From NCBI RefSeq assembly GCF_022539665.2, contig NC_081332.1:2232001-2296000 (forward strand): a stretch of DNA of 64,000 nt, read 5' to 3'. Each line of letters starts with the position of its first letter. The first letter of the stretch is position 1. Below the pieces are notes generated by a model. The model saw only the letters and a program-made list of their open reading frames with translations, was not told the DNA's origin and searched no databases. Made by a program: the position numbers and the translations under genes. Positions 51,280 to 64,000 of the stretch are shown one piece after another. Source of the DNA: Daphnia carinata (taxonomy: Eukaryota).

Positions 51280-53381
51280 GCCTTAAAACTGTGCCAACGG
51301 CCATTGTACCTTACCTTTTTCTCGTCCGACTCCACTGTATGCACATCCTCACCACAATCGGTCGCGACCGATTCGTTTTTTTTTTTTTTTTATTATTATT
51401 ATTATTTTTTTTATTTTTTTTATTACCATTCGGCTGCCGTGCTGCGGCTGCACACACACGCGCACACACGATACGTTTTCTTGTCCCATCAATCAACACT
51501 GGTGTCTGGATTTGTTTTCGTTTTTGCGTTGTTTTGGGGCGGGGCGGGGGGTTGGGGTGGAGGGGTTTTTCTGCTTTCTCCGCATTGGATGAATTTCGTG
51601 TGAATTTTCGGCGACAATGTGACTGCAATTTCTCGTCTCCTCAAAATTGGCTGATGACAGGAGTGCTGTTTTTTTGTTTTTGTTTTTGTACGGTTTTTGT
51701 GTAGGTTTGCGCGCAGAGACGCTCGACTGAAATCCGTCATTTAAAACCTTTCAACGAACGTGTCAAAAAGCGAAGAAAAGAACAGCTCGAGTTCATATAC
51801 TTAGTGCCACCGTGTCGAGTGCAATAGTGTGTTTTGATTAGCGTGTCGCAATTCACGATATCCACTTCGGATGTGCCGGTAAGTCTCAATTTTTTTTCGT
51901 TCATTTTCCTACTATGAATTGAGAACGAGTTGTACAAATTCTCGACACGACATTTGATCATTTAAATTTATAATTCTCCATCAAAAGTTAAGGGAATTTG
52001 ACACACACACACAAAAAGGGAACACATTTTGATATGATACCACAGAAACAATGTGTATTAACAATCGTATCGTACTACATTAATTTTTTTTAGTTCGCCT
52101 TTGTTTGCCATCGAGTTTTCACGAAACGTTTCACCTGTCGTCTGATTGATTATACTAATTGCGATTTTTTTTTTCTTTCCAAACGAGTTGGCTAATGAGT
52201 ACGGAAAGGTAACAAAGGAGAAAAACAAGACGTGTTTATAAAAAGGCGAGCTGTTTAGCGGAACAGAAGCAGACAAGAAACTTGAATGATTCATTGACTT
52301 GCTGGCATCAAGATTTGAATGAAAAGGAAAAAGCGGCAAGCGATACCCTTAAGTCACTAGTCCCGGCAAGTTGGCGCAGACGGCGTGGCACCGTCACTCG
52401 TGGCTGGCAAGTTAAATAGTCAAGTCCTTATATAGTCAAATCGAGAGCTTTGTCTTGAGGTCAACCACACGACTGTCGATTCTTTCCATATATGCATCAC
52501 GCAGTTGGACCACTCCTTTCGCTTAGACAGGCAATTATATAGAACTTACGTTTTATTTCGTTATTTTTGACATTTTTAGCCCAATCGAAATTGCTCTTTT
52601 TTTTTAAATGCTTGATTTGAAATCATTTAGATGTGTTAAGACTTTTAGATCCTTACGTTTATCTCAAACAAATTTCCGTGTCAAGTGGCGGAGCGCCTGC
52701 AATTGACCTACCATTTGCGTTCATTCTTAAAAGTAGGTCCATGTTTTTTTTTCAAGTCTTGCGACCTAACGGTGGCTGAAAAGACGTCTATAATGTTGTT
52801 TTCTTCCGAAAAGGGATGGGCTGACAGCACTTTTGTTATCAGATCCTTTTGCCCTGGCCATTCAGCGGAACGGAGCTTTTCAATTCACGGGATAACCGAC
52901 ACGTTTTTGTTTGTTTGTTTCAATATCAGGAACCCCCTTGTTTTTATAGTCGCTGTTCTGCTTTATGTCGGTCACTCCTTCGATAAAATAAGCTGATAAA
53001 AAAGTTCAATACCATTAAAACAAACAATCATTATATTAGATGGGAAAGTATACCTGAAGATCCGGTTTGGCAAGTATCAAGTAATCTTTGTTTTGTTTTT
53101 TTTCTTTTCCCCGAGTTTGTGTCAACTTGCATTTGAAACGGCTCACACGAACACAAAGTTTACAGTCGCAACCGGTTTGGTATTGTTTCATTTGCATGCG
53201 CAGCAGATATACGTTCGCTCGAGAGAGTGACAACGAGCTCTTAACATTGGCATATTTTTATAGTTAATCTGAGTCACACAAGGTTGCATTTCGCGTGTCA
53301 CGACTTACAGCCAAACACAGTATACATCAAATTAAAAAAAAAAAAAACAAATTGCTTTTGTTTTGCTTTTTATCTTTGCAG

Positions 53382-55265
53382 ATGGCAATCATGGAAGACT
53401 CGATGAAGTGGACGCCGTTATGCATACTCAAAGGACATTTAACTCGATACCTGCAGCAATGGAACTTACCGTGGCTGTCGATAGTGTTCGTGTTGCTTTT
53501 GATGATTGCCACCGCATGGGCCGGCCCTGTGATGCACCAGACGGCCAATTTGGATTCGGCTGCCAATGGCGGAAATGGAGTGGTAGATCTACAACGTTTC
53601 TCGCGTTCTCATTTTGCTTTCTCCTTGGACCTGTACTCGGCCCTGGCCAACCAGAACCCGGCCAATCACGAGGACGAGGCGGGCAATTTACTGTTTTCGC
53701 CTTACAGCGTATCGACAGCCCTTTCGATGATCTTTCTCGGTGCCGGATCGGGATCGACCACTTCGCTTCAGCTTCGTTCGGCCCTGCACTTGAACAATTT
53801 CAGCTTCAGCGATGTTCACGACTCTTACAAGACTGTCATCAACAAATTAACGGACCCATACTACGCCGACATACTGGTGACGATGAACGGCATCTTTCAA
53901 CAGCAGGACACGTACATTTCGGAGAAATACAAGCGAGCCTTGGAAGAATTCTACAATGTTCGAATAGAACCGGTGGACTTCGTCCGGCATCCCCAGTTGG
54001 CTGTAGACAGCATTAATTCCTGGGCGAGGAATTTCACAAAGCAGACCATTGCGCATCCGCTTTATAAGCCGACAACACAACCGTCCATTAATCCACTGCT
54101 AGGAATTACTTTAGCTAACGGGCTGGCATTCCGCTCTCACTGGCTCTTTCGTTTCGATCCTGCTTCTACGTTTGACAAGGGACTCTTTTATACGACTTCG
54201 AAAAAAAGGTATTTCATTTTTTTTTTTTTGTTTTGCATAATTTAGAAAAATTTCCATGCAATGTCAAAAATAGTACAACAAAAATGTGCGCTTTTAAAAT
54301 TCTTATTTTCAAATCATGAATAACTGTTCATTTTTTTTTAAATGTCGATTTTTTTTTTTTTAAGATTTGAAATCCCGATGATGGTCGGTCGTTTTAAGAT
54401 ACCAGTTGGTTACAGCGCCGATTTAGAGTGCCGGATAGCAGAACTGCCTTTCTCGTCTAGAAGAGTATCTTTCTTTATAATTCTACCGGATGATGTAGAT
54501 CGAGGAATCACGAAACTTGAAGCTAACATGACGTCTGATAATATCAAAGCCCTGTTCTCTACATTAAAGGTAAAAGGGCCCTTTCTTTGTTTAAAATGAC
54601 ACGTGAACTAATTCTGAGAAAAAATCGAAAGAAATATTTTTGAATTTTAATGGTCTTTTTATTAGGACGAAACCGTCAACATCCGGCTTCCGAGGTTCCG
54701 TTTGGAGCAACAGGAAATGGAATTAACTAACATTTTGGCATCGCTTGGAATCACTGATGTATTTGACAACGAGGCAGCAGATTTAAGTGGCATTTCGAGC
54801 GAAAAGCTTCGCTTAAACCACGTGATTCACAAGTAAATCAGTACACTAAAATTCAATAGTATAATTATGCATCATTACATGTTAAAATTTGAATACCATT
54901 TGTAAATGATCAACAACTTTTCTGATCAATTTAAAATCTTATTCGAATTTTAAAGACTTTAGGATTTTTAACAAATGTATGTGGTATTTGATGCATTTTA
55001 ATTTCTGAACTATAGTCTTATATGAGAGCACTACAATGCACACAATGTTTTACCTAACATTTTATTTGCAAAACACAGGACATTTTTGGAAGTGCAGGAA
55101 GATGGAATGGCCGAAGCGACAACGTCTGGGCTAAACCGGTTGGGGGCTTTTGGTGAGAAATACTTTGAAGTAGATCATCCATTCATCTTCTTTTTGTGGG
55201 ATTATCACAGTGGTATCCTTTTATTTATTGGAAGAATCACAGCTCCTGAACCTTTGATTAACTAA
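53382..55265 (+). CDS. Secreted serpin, four coding exons, probably non-inhibitory
   Basis: Hydrophobic signal-like WLSIVFVLLLMIATAWA, FSLDLY, NLLFSPYSVSTALSMIFLGA, FEIPMM, FFIILPD, VNIRLPRFRLE, ADLSGIS, and serpin signature FEVDHPFIFFLWDYHSGILLFIGRI. Stop at 55263-55265. Confidence 0.93.
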
Positions 55266-56219
55266 ACCTTTTTGAATAAGTTATGAGACAACAGTGACTT
55301 TTTTTTTGCATGCATCATCTTCCCTTATTTGCACACTTGTCTGTCTAGTAATCTGTAGACTGTCTGTGCATGTCTCTGTATATACATTTGTTGCAATGTT
55401 TGTTTTTATTCAGTTCTCTACTGCTGCCAGTCCGGCTACTCGTGACTGTAGACAGCAATCGAATTTTGTTGTTTGTCTGACAAGCAAGCAAATATGAGAT
55501 TTCAATCTGAAAGTTGATGGAATACGCATTTCAACCTCGTGTTTACACTGTAAACAGTAAAACAAAACAAAACCTTGTGGTTTTCAAATGGGTGCGCCCT
55601 CGTTCAATACATATTTCAGCCACAAATGATTAAATCCCAACTCCGGTAAAAGTGCATCACTGGCAATTTGCAACAAACATGCCTTATGATTATAGGATGT
55701 TACGTTATTGCATTCACAGACTACTCGTTCATTTTGCACGTAAATAAACGAGTTAAGTTACGAAATAGTAACGGTGTACTGCAATGCAACCTAACAATAA
55801 AATGTTGGTTGATCAACATTCCAAAATGAAATCGTCAATGGTAAAACATGCATAGCTTATGCCAGCTCAAGAAATGTTAACCTTTCTTTTTTTTTGGCGG
55901 ATTCAAGTTGCCAAACTGCACCCTAGCGAATCAGAGACGCTATTTTTTTTTATGACGAAGGTACGTAGTACTTCATGAATAACTGAAGACTACAGGAATT
56001 TTCATCACGATGATCGCATCGTATATATATATATTTAAAGACGCAAAGGCGGCACTCGACAATGTCGTATTAGCTACACATTTCCAGCAAACTGTTGGAA
56101 GTTGAAATTTAAAATATTTGTTTTTAATTTCCAAAATTTTGAATTCATGAAAGCAAAAATTATAGGACGTGTATGATCTTTCCTTTAAGCATATTATTAT
56201 TATTTTTTTTATCTACGCA

Positions 56220-57245
56220 CTAAATGGCCAAACCAAAGACAGATACGATGCAGTACATGGTTTTGTTTTCCCAGCGTACAGTGCAGCTTCCATCAGTTGA
56301 GTTGTCCCAGAAACACGAGCTGCTAGTGTGAACGCCAGCTCCATTCTTCTGTACGACCACGCATGTCACTAGAAAGCAAACCGAAGGATATGCGTGTAAT
56401 TGTTTCACTCATTTGAAAAGGTCACTGGTTTTTTATAACCCAGTCAATGCTATGTCATAGATTTTCAGTTTGATTAGGTTGGAAAAGATTACCAATATAT
56501 TTGAAGGGTTTTTGCAATTTGACCAAAGACTGCAAGCAAGCATCCATTATGGAAGATGACCATTGGTTGACTTTGTTATGTAAGTAGGTGTTCCCTCCAA
56601 TGACAGATTCAATAGCTTCTTTGATTGCGGCACTAAATATGCAAAAGGAGAAAAAAAAATTTAGGATTAGTCAACTGGAATTTCCTTTTTTGTTATAGAC
56701 ACATCTACATTTCCCAAAAATTTTCTTGTATGGAAATATTCAGTTGTACATCCCAGAATGTAAAATTATGGGTGTAAATATGTCAGACTGTATGTTTTTC
56801 CCATTGGTTTTTCCCATTGTTCTTTTACCAGAAATTGCCTAATGACGTTCCTGAGGGGTATTGCTTAAACAGAAATAAGGTAATATGAAAAATGGCCCAG
56901 CATGATTGTTTTTTGCAGAAATTGTCTAATCACGCAAAGGAACCATGAAAAGAATATGACGTAAGACACTTCAACAACTGAATATTCCAAGAAAATATAA
57001 CAATGTCTAGCACCAAAATATTGGAAACAGGTCTTGGTGTGTACACTGCAATAAGAAAATCATAAAGCAATGACATTAAATAACCTTCTCACCTGACATC
57101 ATCAACGACGAACTGGCTCTGTACGAGATCGAATGACCAACGTGGAAACGGGAAAAACGAAATGGGTTAGAGATTTTTTTTTAAGTTTAAATAAAAATAC
57201 TTCTGGGGAACCGACCTCTTCTTGCTGAGTGCTGGGATCTTCCAT
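56220..57245 (-). CDS. DYNLT1: Dynein light chain Tctex-type 1, four exons (57245-57216, 57118-57093, 56632-56493, 56368-56220), 114 aa
   Basis: The spliced frame reads [114 protein letters not shown]. All junctions are GT-AG and phase-consistent (345 nt including stop). Confidence 0.95.
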
Positions 57246-57396
57246 TTACGATTTAGTAATTGACTAACGCTTATTAACAAGAAAATATTAAACAGTTGAA
57301 CACAACTGCAAACAGCTTGACGAGGAGACACTAAATTCTACAGAACCGAATTTACGTCAATGTCAGCACCATGCTTATTTTTTTTTACCTGTCAAC

Positions 57397-57410
57397 GTTG
57401 CCATGACAAA
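57397..57410. promoter_or_regulatory. X-box-like motif in the DYNLT1/LTN1 bidirectional promoter
   Basis: GTTGCCATGACAAA lies midway in the 305-bp gap between divergent ATGs at 57245 and 57551. Confidence 0.45.
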
Positions 57411-57550
57411 ATACTCGTCACTGGCAGTGTGGCAGACGAACCAACAAAAATCTGGACGTTGTGTTAAAACCTCGATTGAATTTAGTTTGTGTAAATGTGC
57501 ATACGACTGCGCAAAATTGTCTAATTCTTTAGTTTATCTTTTCTGTAAAC

Positions 57551-60500
57551 ATGGGTGGAAAGGATAAAAAAGGACCTAGAACCAAAGGGAACACAAAGGT
57601 ATACATTTACTGTTATTTCGCTTCGTAAGGCATATCAACACCGTGGAACGAAAAATATGTCTAATTTTTTTTAGCCCTCAAGCTCCGGAAGAAGTGCGGA
57701 GCTGTTAGGTAATGTCACTGAGTTCGTAGGATTCAGTGGCCTGCCTGAAGGTTCCTATGTCCCAGTTATTGGAGCAAATTCCTTGGTTGAGGATGCATCT
57801 GCAGATTCAAATATTCCAGCAGATTTCCGTCTAAGTCTGAGAAAAATGGGAAAGCGTGATTCTACAACAAAAATCAAAGCTCTTCAGGAGTTCAACGAAC
57901 TGTGTGAGGAAAATTCCCTTGAAACTCTAAAAACTATTCTGCCATTCTGGCCCAGAATATTCTCACGTCTTGCAGTTGATGGAGATCGTAGAGTGAGGGA
58001 ATATCTTCACAAATCTCATTTACAGTTGACAAGTCAACTGGGGAGAAATTTGGCCCCTTATTTGAAAGAAATGATGGGTGCCTGGTTCACTTCTCAAAGT
58101 GATACTTATGCCCCTGCAGCTTTTGTAGCTGCGCATTCTCTTAAAACTTGTTTCCCTGGAGATAAATTTTCTGATGCTATAGCATTTTGCCACAATGAAA
58201 TAATGGATTATATTAAAGATTCAATTCTCAAGGAAAATGATTTTTCAGATGAGCAGAAAGAAAGGATAACAATCGGTGGTATTGCCGGCTATTCTCTTTT
58301 GCTTCAGCAAGTTAAATGTGATGTTCTGGAATCGGAAAAATATCTCCTCCGACACAGTGAAATGTGGAAAAACGCAAATCTGTACAAAATTGTAGAGCAA
58401 AATAAGAGTTTGCCCATTAAGCAAGCATGGTTTGGTCTCATTTACAGTGTGGTCCACTATTTACCGGAAGTAGCAAAAGGTATTTTTCATTATGATAAGG
58501 TTACAAGATCAGAATATGTTAATCTATTCGTGCTTTAACGTAAATATTTACAGAAAATTCCAAAAGGTTATTGCCTTCAATTTTTAAGGTAGGGTAAAGA
58601 TTAACTTGAAATAAGTTTTAATCGCCTCCGTTTCATTGTGGTTGTAATACATTTTAATAGTTCTTGGATGATTCCGAATCAACATCCCAACCGGCATTGT
58701 GGGAAACAACTTTAAAAATACTGTTGACAGTAGAAAATGCATCAAGTTACGTCAACCTTTCCTCCCATGCGACCCCAAAATTTCTGAATCTTCTTCGAAA
58801 TGCTTGTTCAGGAAATGCACGCAAAATTGGTCCTCTAATAGTACCATACGTGCGATTGTTAAGAGAACACAAAGAAAACCAAAGCCAAACAGAAGAATTC
58901 GATCGGCAAGTGATCGAGGCACTATTTCAAGGCCTCTTATGCCGCAGCATTTTTAACAGCAGTTTGGAAGCTTCCGCCCTATCGGAGTCGTTGTTTCAGT
59001 TGTTAGACTACATAGCCAAAGCCAGTGGTGATTCTCCTCACTTTAAAGAGCTTCTTCAAAGCACAGTAATTTCTTTGAGAAATTCTATTAACAATGTATA
59101 AGACTAAGATATATATTTTTTCATCGGTAGGTAATACCATCTCTTGATTTAATGGTTAAATCAAAATGCAGCGAACTGGTCGTATCCGCTGTGATACGTC
59201 AGGTGACGGTGACTCTTACTTGTTGGTTTAGAACGGATGAAAGCGTAGCCAATGTTTTCTGGGAACTCCTAGACAATTTTATCATGAGTTTAATTACTCA
59301 ATCGTCGGATCCTGATGCCTCGCTATTCGAGAATGTTGCATTGATTATCTTGGTGTTGATGGACGCACATTCTAAACTTGACAATCGGACAAAGATGAAT
59401 AGACGATGCATTCGCATCCGTTTTGCCGATACCACTACGGAAGACATGAGTAAAGGACAGGAGACATCACCGGCTCATGTACCAGAGATGCCTCTTCTCT
59501 TTCGAGAGAAAGTTGTGGCAATGAGCATTTTAGTCTGTAAAGATGCTTTGAAACGTCTTGAAGTATCCGATTGTGAGACATCCCTGCGTCTTTTCGCCTC
59601 TCTGATGCGCTGTGACGATATTTTGCGTGGGTTTTTGGCTGCCGAAAGTGCCAGCTCAATCGACAGCATGTTGTCTTCCATCCGGAGAATGTTGCAAAAA
59701 TTACGAGATAAGAATACGTCCTTCTTGTTCTTCACAATATTGGATGTCATGGACAGTGAATTTAGGTTAGAATTTTTTAAATCTAATTTTGCATAATCTG
59801 CAACCATTAATATTTCGACTTTTTACATTCAGGTGTATTATTTTGGAAGACCTAGCCACCGACGAGCAAACGTATGAAGTCATGGTGTCCACAGCACTTG
59901 AAAGCTCAGAATTGTCTCGAAAGCAGGTGGTTTTAGAATGGCTTCGAAGCACAGATGTTGGTGATTTGCTCATTTCTACAGCTAAACGTGTCGGTGTATA
60001 TTTCAACGAGGACGAAAACAACGATTTTGCATGGAGTTTACTCCGTGCAGCTCTCGCTGCCAGGCAACCCTCAAGCCAAGGTAGTACCATTGAAAATTTC
60101 AAAAAAAGAAGTTCCATTTGTATATATATTATCCATCTATTTTAGAACCATTGCTTCCAAAAGTACACATCGGTGGTATCATGGAAGCATTTATTCAAGC
60201 ATTCTACGCCGAACACGCTGACGAAAATTTCATCGACACGTTTGTTCAAAAGCTTTCGAGTACGCTAAAGCCATCTAGTCAGTCGAACTTCTTCATTGAT
60301 CCGTCCGGTGAATGGCTCGTCTCTCTGGTCACAGTATTGTGCTCTTCCGTGATCATCCAACCGACATCTGCCAACATCTTATTGGAGTTATGGGAAAAGG
60401 GAGCTAGTTACGCGATACACTCTCGATGCCAATCAGCTGTCGCCATAATTAAGAACAACTTAACCGCAATACCCGAGTTTAATGTGGCAGAACGCTTGGT

Positions 60501-63268
60501 TGACATTTTTCAACATGTTTTAGAGTTGGAATTAACGCAGGGTGATCATGAGGCATCCCACTTGTTGGCACGTCGCGTTCTGCTGTCAGATAGCGAGTGG
60601 ATGAATTGGATGAAAGAGGCGAGTTGCTGTGATTTGATGACCAAAGAAATTATGAATGGCCGATATTGCCATTCTAATCCTATAACAAATAATTTCAAGA
60701 CACTTCAGCTTAAGAACTGGTACGGTCTCCTGAACGCAGCATTTGTTGTCTCGTCTATTGTAGTTCGTAACCAACACATGTTTGAGCAAGATAGAAATGG
60801 TTTAATACCATATGTTTTCTATGCAACCGCCGTTGCTGATATCCTTTTGGAAATTAATAGAAAGCGCATGAAGGTAATGTCAGCAATAATTAGGCAGATT
60901 GTTTTTATAATTAATTTTTCTTCTTTTTTAGGATGACACATTAGGCGACATCGATAAAATAAGTGGCGCGTTGGAAAGCAATGCAAACAGTTTACTATCA
61001 TCTTGTTCCGATCAAGAACGAACAGAGGTATTTAGAAAAACACTTCTAAATTCCCGCCAATACCGCTGGATTTGGTGCCTTGCTGCCAGGAAATTGCAAT
61101 CTGTGTTGCAGCAAAGCTTAGAGGAAACCGAAATTACAGAAAACACCGTGATGATATTTTGCAACCCGAATGATGAAAATCTAAATAGGATCACCCAAAC
61201 GCAGATCGCCAAACTTTCAGCCATTTCGTCTGATGATTGGGCTGAATCATTTCAACTCTTAGCCTCAATTCGTTTCCTTTTGGAGAAATTGGCGGCCAGT
61301 GCTAACGATGATACTTTGATTTCAGTTGCCGAATCGGTTAAAATTCTGCAATCGTGGCAGTTGAAACACGATGAAAGTTTTCTTTTCGGTCAAGATTTGA
61401 AAATGATTTCACGAACGGAATCGTCTGTCAAAGCAGTATGGTCAATCATCGAAGTCATTCGGCTTTTGTCCACCATTGTTGAATTTTACCCATACAAACT
61501 TGAGCATTCCTCGTGGGATTTCATCTTGTGCTCCATGACATCGTGGTGCACAACGTTCGAAGAGAGCTGGAGTGGTTTGTCCGCGCTCGGCCAACATACC
61601 AATCCAATATTGCTTTCGTTCACCGTCGCCCTCAGTCGTTTGATTCAGAACTGTGGTGCCCTCATCGCTGATGTCGATAAGAAAAAAGAAGAATCAATCT
61701 CAAGTTTACCACCTAATTTGGCTTCAGAATGGAACGACGTATTTTCTGATGCAGCGTACAACGCTATCCTGCCAATTTTTTTCATACAATCGAGATCCAA
61801 CAATGTGTCACATCTTTCGTCTTTCTGTTTGATGGAAGCCATGGCCTTATCAGTTCGCCATGTGCCAGTGAAGCTTCTTCATCAACCTACTGAGATGCTG
61901 TCACCTCTTCTTTTAGCTAAACATTCGGCTATCCAATTTGCAGCCCATGGCTTAATTTCTAAGTACGTAATCATTTAAATCTTTTTATGAATAGCATTTT
62001 CCTAATGTGTTAACATTTATAGACTACTTCCCGAAATCATATCTGCTGAAGCAACCAAATGTAAAGAAGAATTAGACGGAGATCAAGAAAAAACTGAGCG
62101 ATCTCCTCCTCCAGCGCTCTTGCTTCCTATAGAAAAAGCCAATCTGGAGGATCTTGACGAACTTCGTTGCGGAGATTTGCACACCGTTGAACCCTACAGC
62201 CAGGAATGCCAACAAATATTAGGTTACTTCTTGGGTTGGGACCTTATCCTTCGTCTGTGCGGAAGTTCTGATTCAGAATTGCGCTATCAATACGCATCCT
62301 ATTTGACCAACTCCAAACTCATTTCGCGGCTAATGGACATCTTGTTTTGCATCATACCGCATGCCACCTTCCAACAACAAGCCAATCTGGATATGGAATT
62401 TCGACCTGACATTACGTTGACTGAAAAAATCATCCAGGATATCGCAATAATGATTTACTCTTCTGCACTGAGGCATCTTCCTGCCGTCGTTAGACGGTGG
62501 TGTAACAATGCAGATAAAAGAACGGCCAGCTTAGTTGAGAAATTCACATCTCGGTAATTTGTTCTACAGTCGATTTCTTTTTGTTGACGTCTGTCTAATG
62601 TTAATTTGTTTTTATTTTGACACAAAGGTGTGTTAGCCCGGTTCTGTGTTCATTAGATTTGCAGTTTTGCACGAAAACGTGGGATAACATGACAGTTCGT
62701 GTTCGGCCCACGGCTAGAGAAGTTATCGCCACTTACAAACTGAATGAAGAAGGCTCCATGGAACTGATAATGCAATTACCCGCCAACTATCCGTTGGGGA
62801 ATATTGTGGTAGAGACTGGACGTAAAGTGGGAGTTACCGCAAACCAATGGCGGAGCTGGATATTACAGTAAACATTTTAATTTAATTGTCTTTGCTTTTT
62901 ATTTGAAGAAACTTTTCTAATCTTTCTTTTCGTTTCCTTCAGATTGCAGACTTTTTTGATGCAACAGGTTTTTTACAGTTTATCTATTTTCAATTTAATT
63001 TAATTTCGTCATAACATTTTCTGGTGTTCTCCACTTCTAGAATGGATCGATATTGGATGGTCTCACCCTGTGGAAACGCAATGTTGATAAAAGATTTGAA
63101 GGCATTGAAGAGTGCTACATTTGTTATTACGTACTGCACGGTTCGAATTATCAGTTACCGAAGCTGAGCTGTCGCACATGCCGCAAGAAATTTCATGCAG
63201 ATTGCCTTTACAAGTGGTTTAGCACGAGCAACAATTCAACGTGCCCGCTCTGTCGTAACTTGTTCTAA
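57551..63268 (+). CDS. LTN1: E3 ubiquitin ligase listerin (ribosome quality control), multi-exon
   Basis: N-terminus [48 protein letters not shown]-like REVIATY...LPANYPL, and C-terminal [69 protein letters not shown]. Confidence 0.97.
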
Positions 63269-64000
63269 ACATATTCTTTGTTTTGCTTCACTCGTTAAGC
63301 GTAAATAAGATGAGGTAATATGGGAACAAAAACTATAAAGCGGAAAAATGTATTCCTTGCAAAGTGAAAATACAAAGTTTTAAGGTTCGGGATTTAAAAT
63401 GGAAGGAATACCAGATTGTTCGACTTCTATAAAATACATTACCATGGGAATGCAAGTGTTGTAAGTGAATTCCGTACCCTAAAATGGAACATCGTCTTAT
63501 GCGAAATTTGGTCGGGTATAACGTTCGGACGCAAGGCACACTATCACTCATTAGAAGAAAAAAACAAAAGATACGGCAATTATCTTTGAAAGTAATTCAT
63601 GGACCGTAAACATTTTGGATGGGATTTCCCAGAAAGAACGCTTTATTCTACTAATCGAAAAGTCCCGCACCAACTGATATCGTGCTTGGTATTAAAGCAC
63701 CGCCTCTCATTCATTTATGTATAAGCATGATTACCAGTGAAAGGAGTCCGATAAATCTCAACGAAAACGTAACTCTTGTTATCAAATTCAAAGAAAGTTA
63801 CACCACGTTTAAATTAAATTCGGGCCCGTAATATGTTAAGAATTTAGATAGTAGATGTCGTTGTAGTGCAGGAGACTTGGGTGTTTCCTTGTTATGTCAA
63901 TTTAAGGCCATGCGAGCAAGTGGTATGGATGCGTAGAGAAATTAACATTCACGATATACATGTAACGTGAAAGAATCTCAAGCGAATCATTTTATCAGTT

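Noticed and set aside
55213..55221. GTATCCTTT, a U12-type donor look-alike
   Set aside because: It lies inside the conserved final serpin exon (SGILLF), which reads correctly without splicing.
56795..56820. 13-bp tandem duplication gtttttcccattg in DYNLT1 intron 2
   Set aside because: Simple local slippage with no enclosed element.
63333..64000. Short ORF after LTN1
   Set aside because: No recognisable product; probably UTR or intergenic.

Overview
Eukaryotic, intron-rich animal DNA. The many introns of roughly 50-100 nt, the compact gene packing and the gene content suggest an arthropod, probably a Daphnia-like crustacean (inference). Positions 1-~17.7 kb are homopolymer/microsatellite-rich intronic or regulatory DNA of a large, unidentified minus-strand gene, with candidate coding exons at 18707-18856 and 13623-14306. 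A gene-dense block follows: TUT1/Star-PAP (-) head-to-head with AP-2 alpha adaptin (+), a CrebA/CREB3L-type bZIP (+), a Costal2/KIF7-type kinesin (+), a secreted and probably non-inhibitory serpin (+), and a Tctex-1/DYNLT1 dynein light chain (-) head-to-head with Listerin/LTN1 (+). The most unusual part is ~38-41.6 kb, between CrebA and the kinesin. It holds tandem RFX X-box-like motifs, decayed small gene fragments, and an intronless 445-aa orphan ORF built from tandem CRM1-NES-like repeats, bipartite NLS-like segments and three 67-aa repeats. Two near-identical pre-miRNA-like hairpins follow that ORF directly. Gene models were spliced by eye and no database searches were run.
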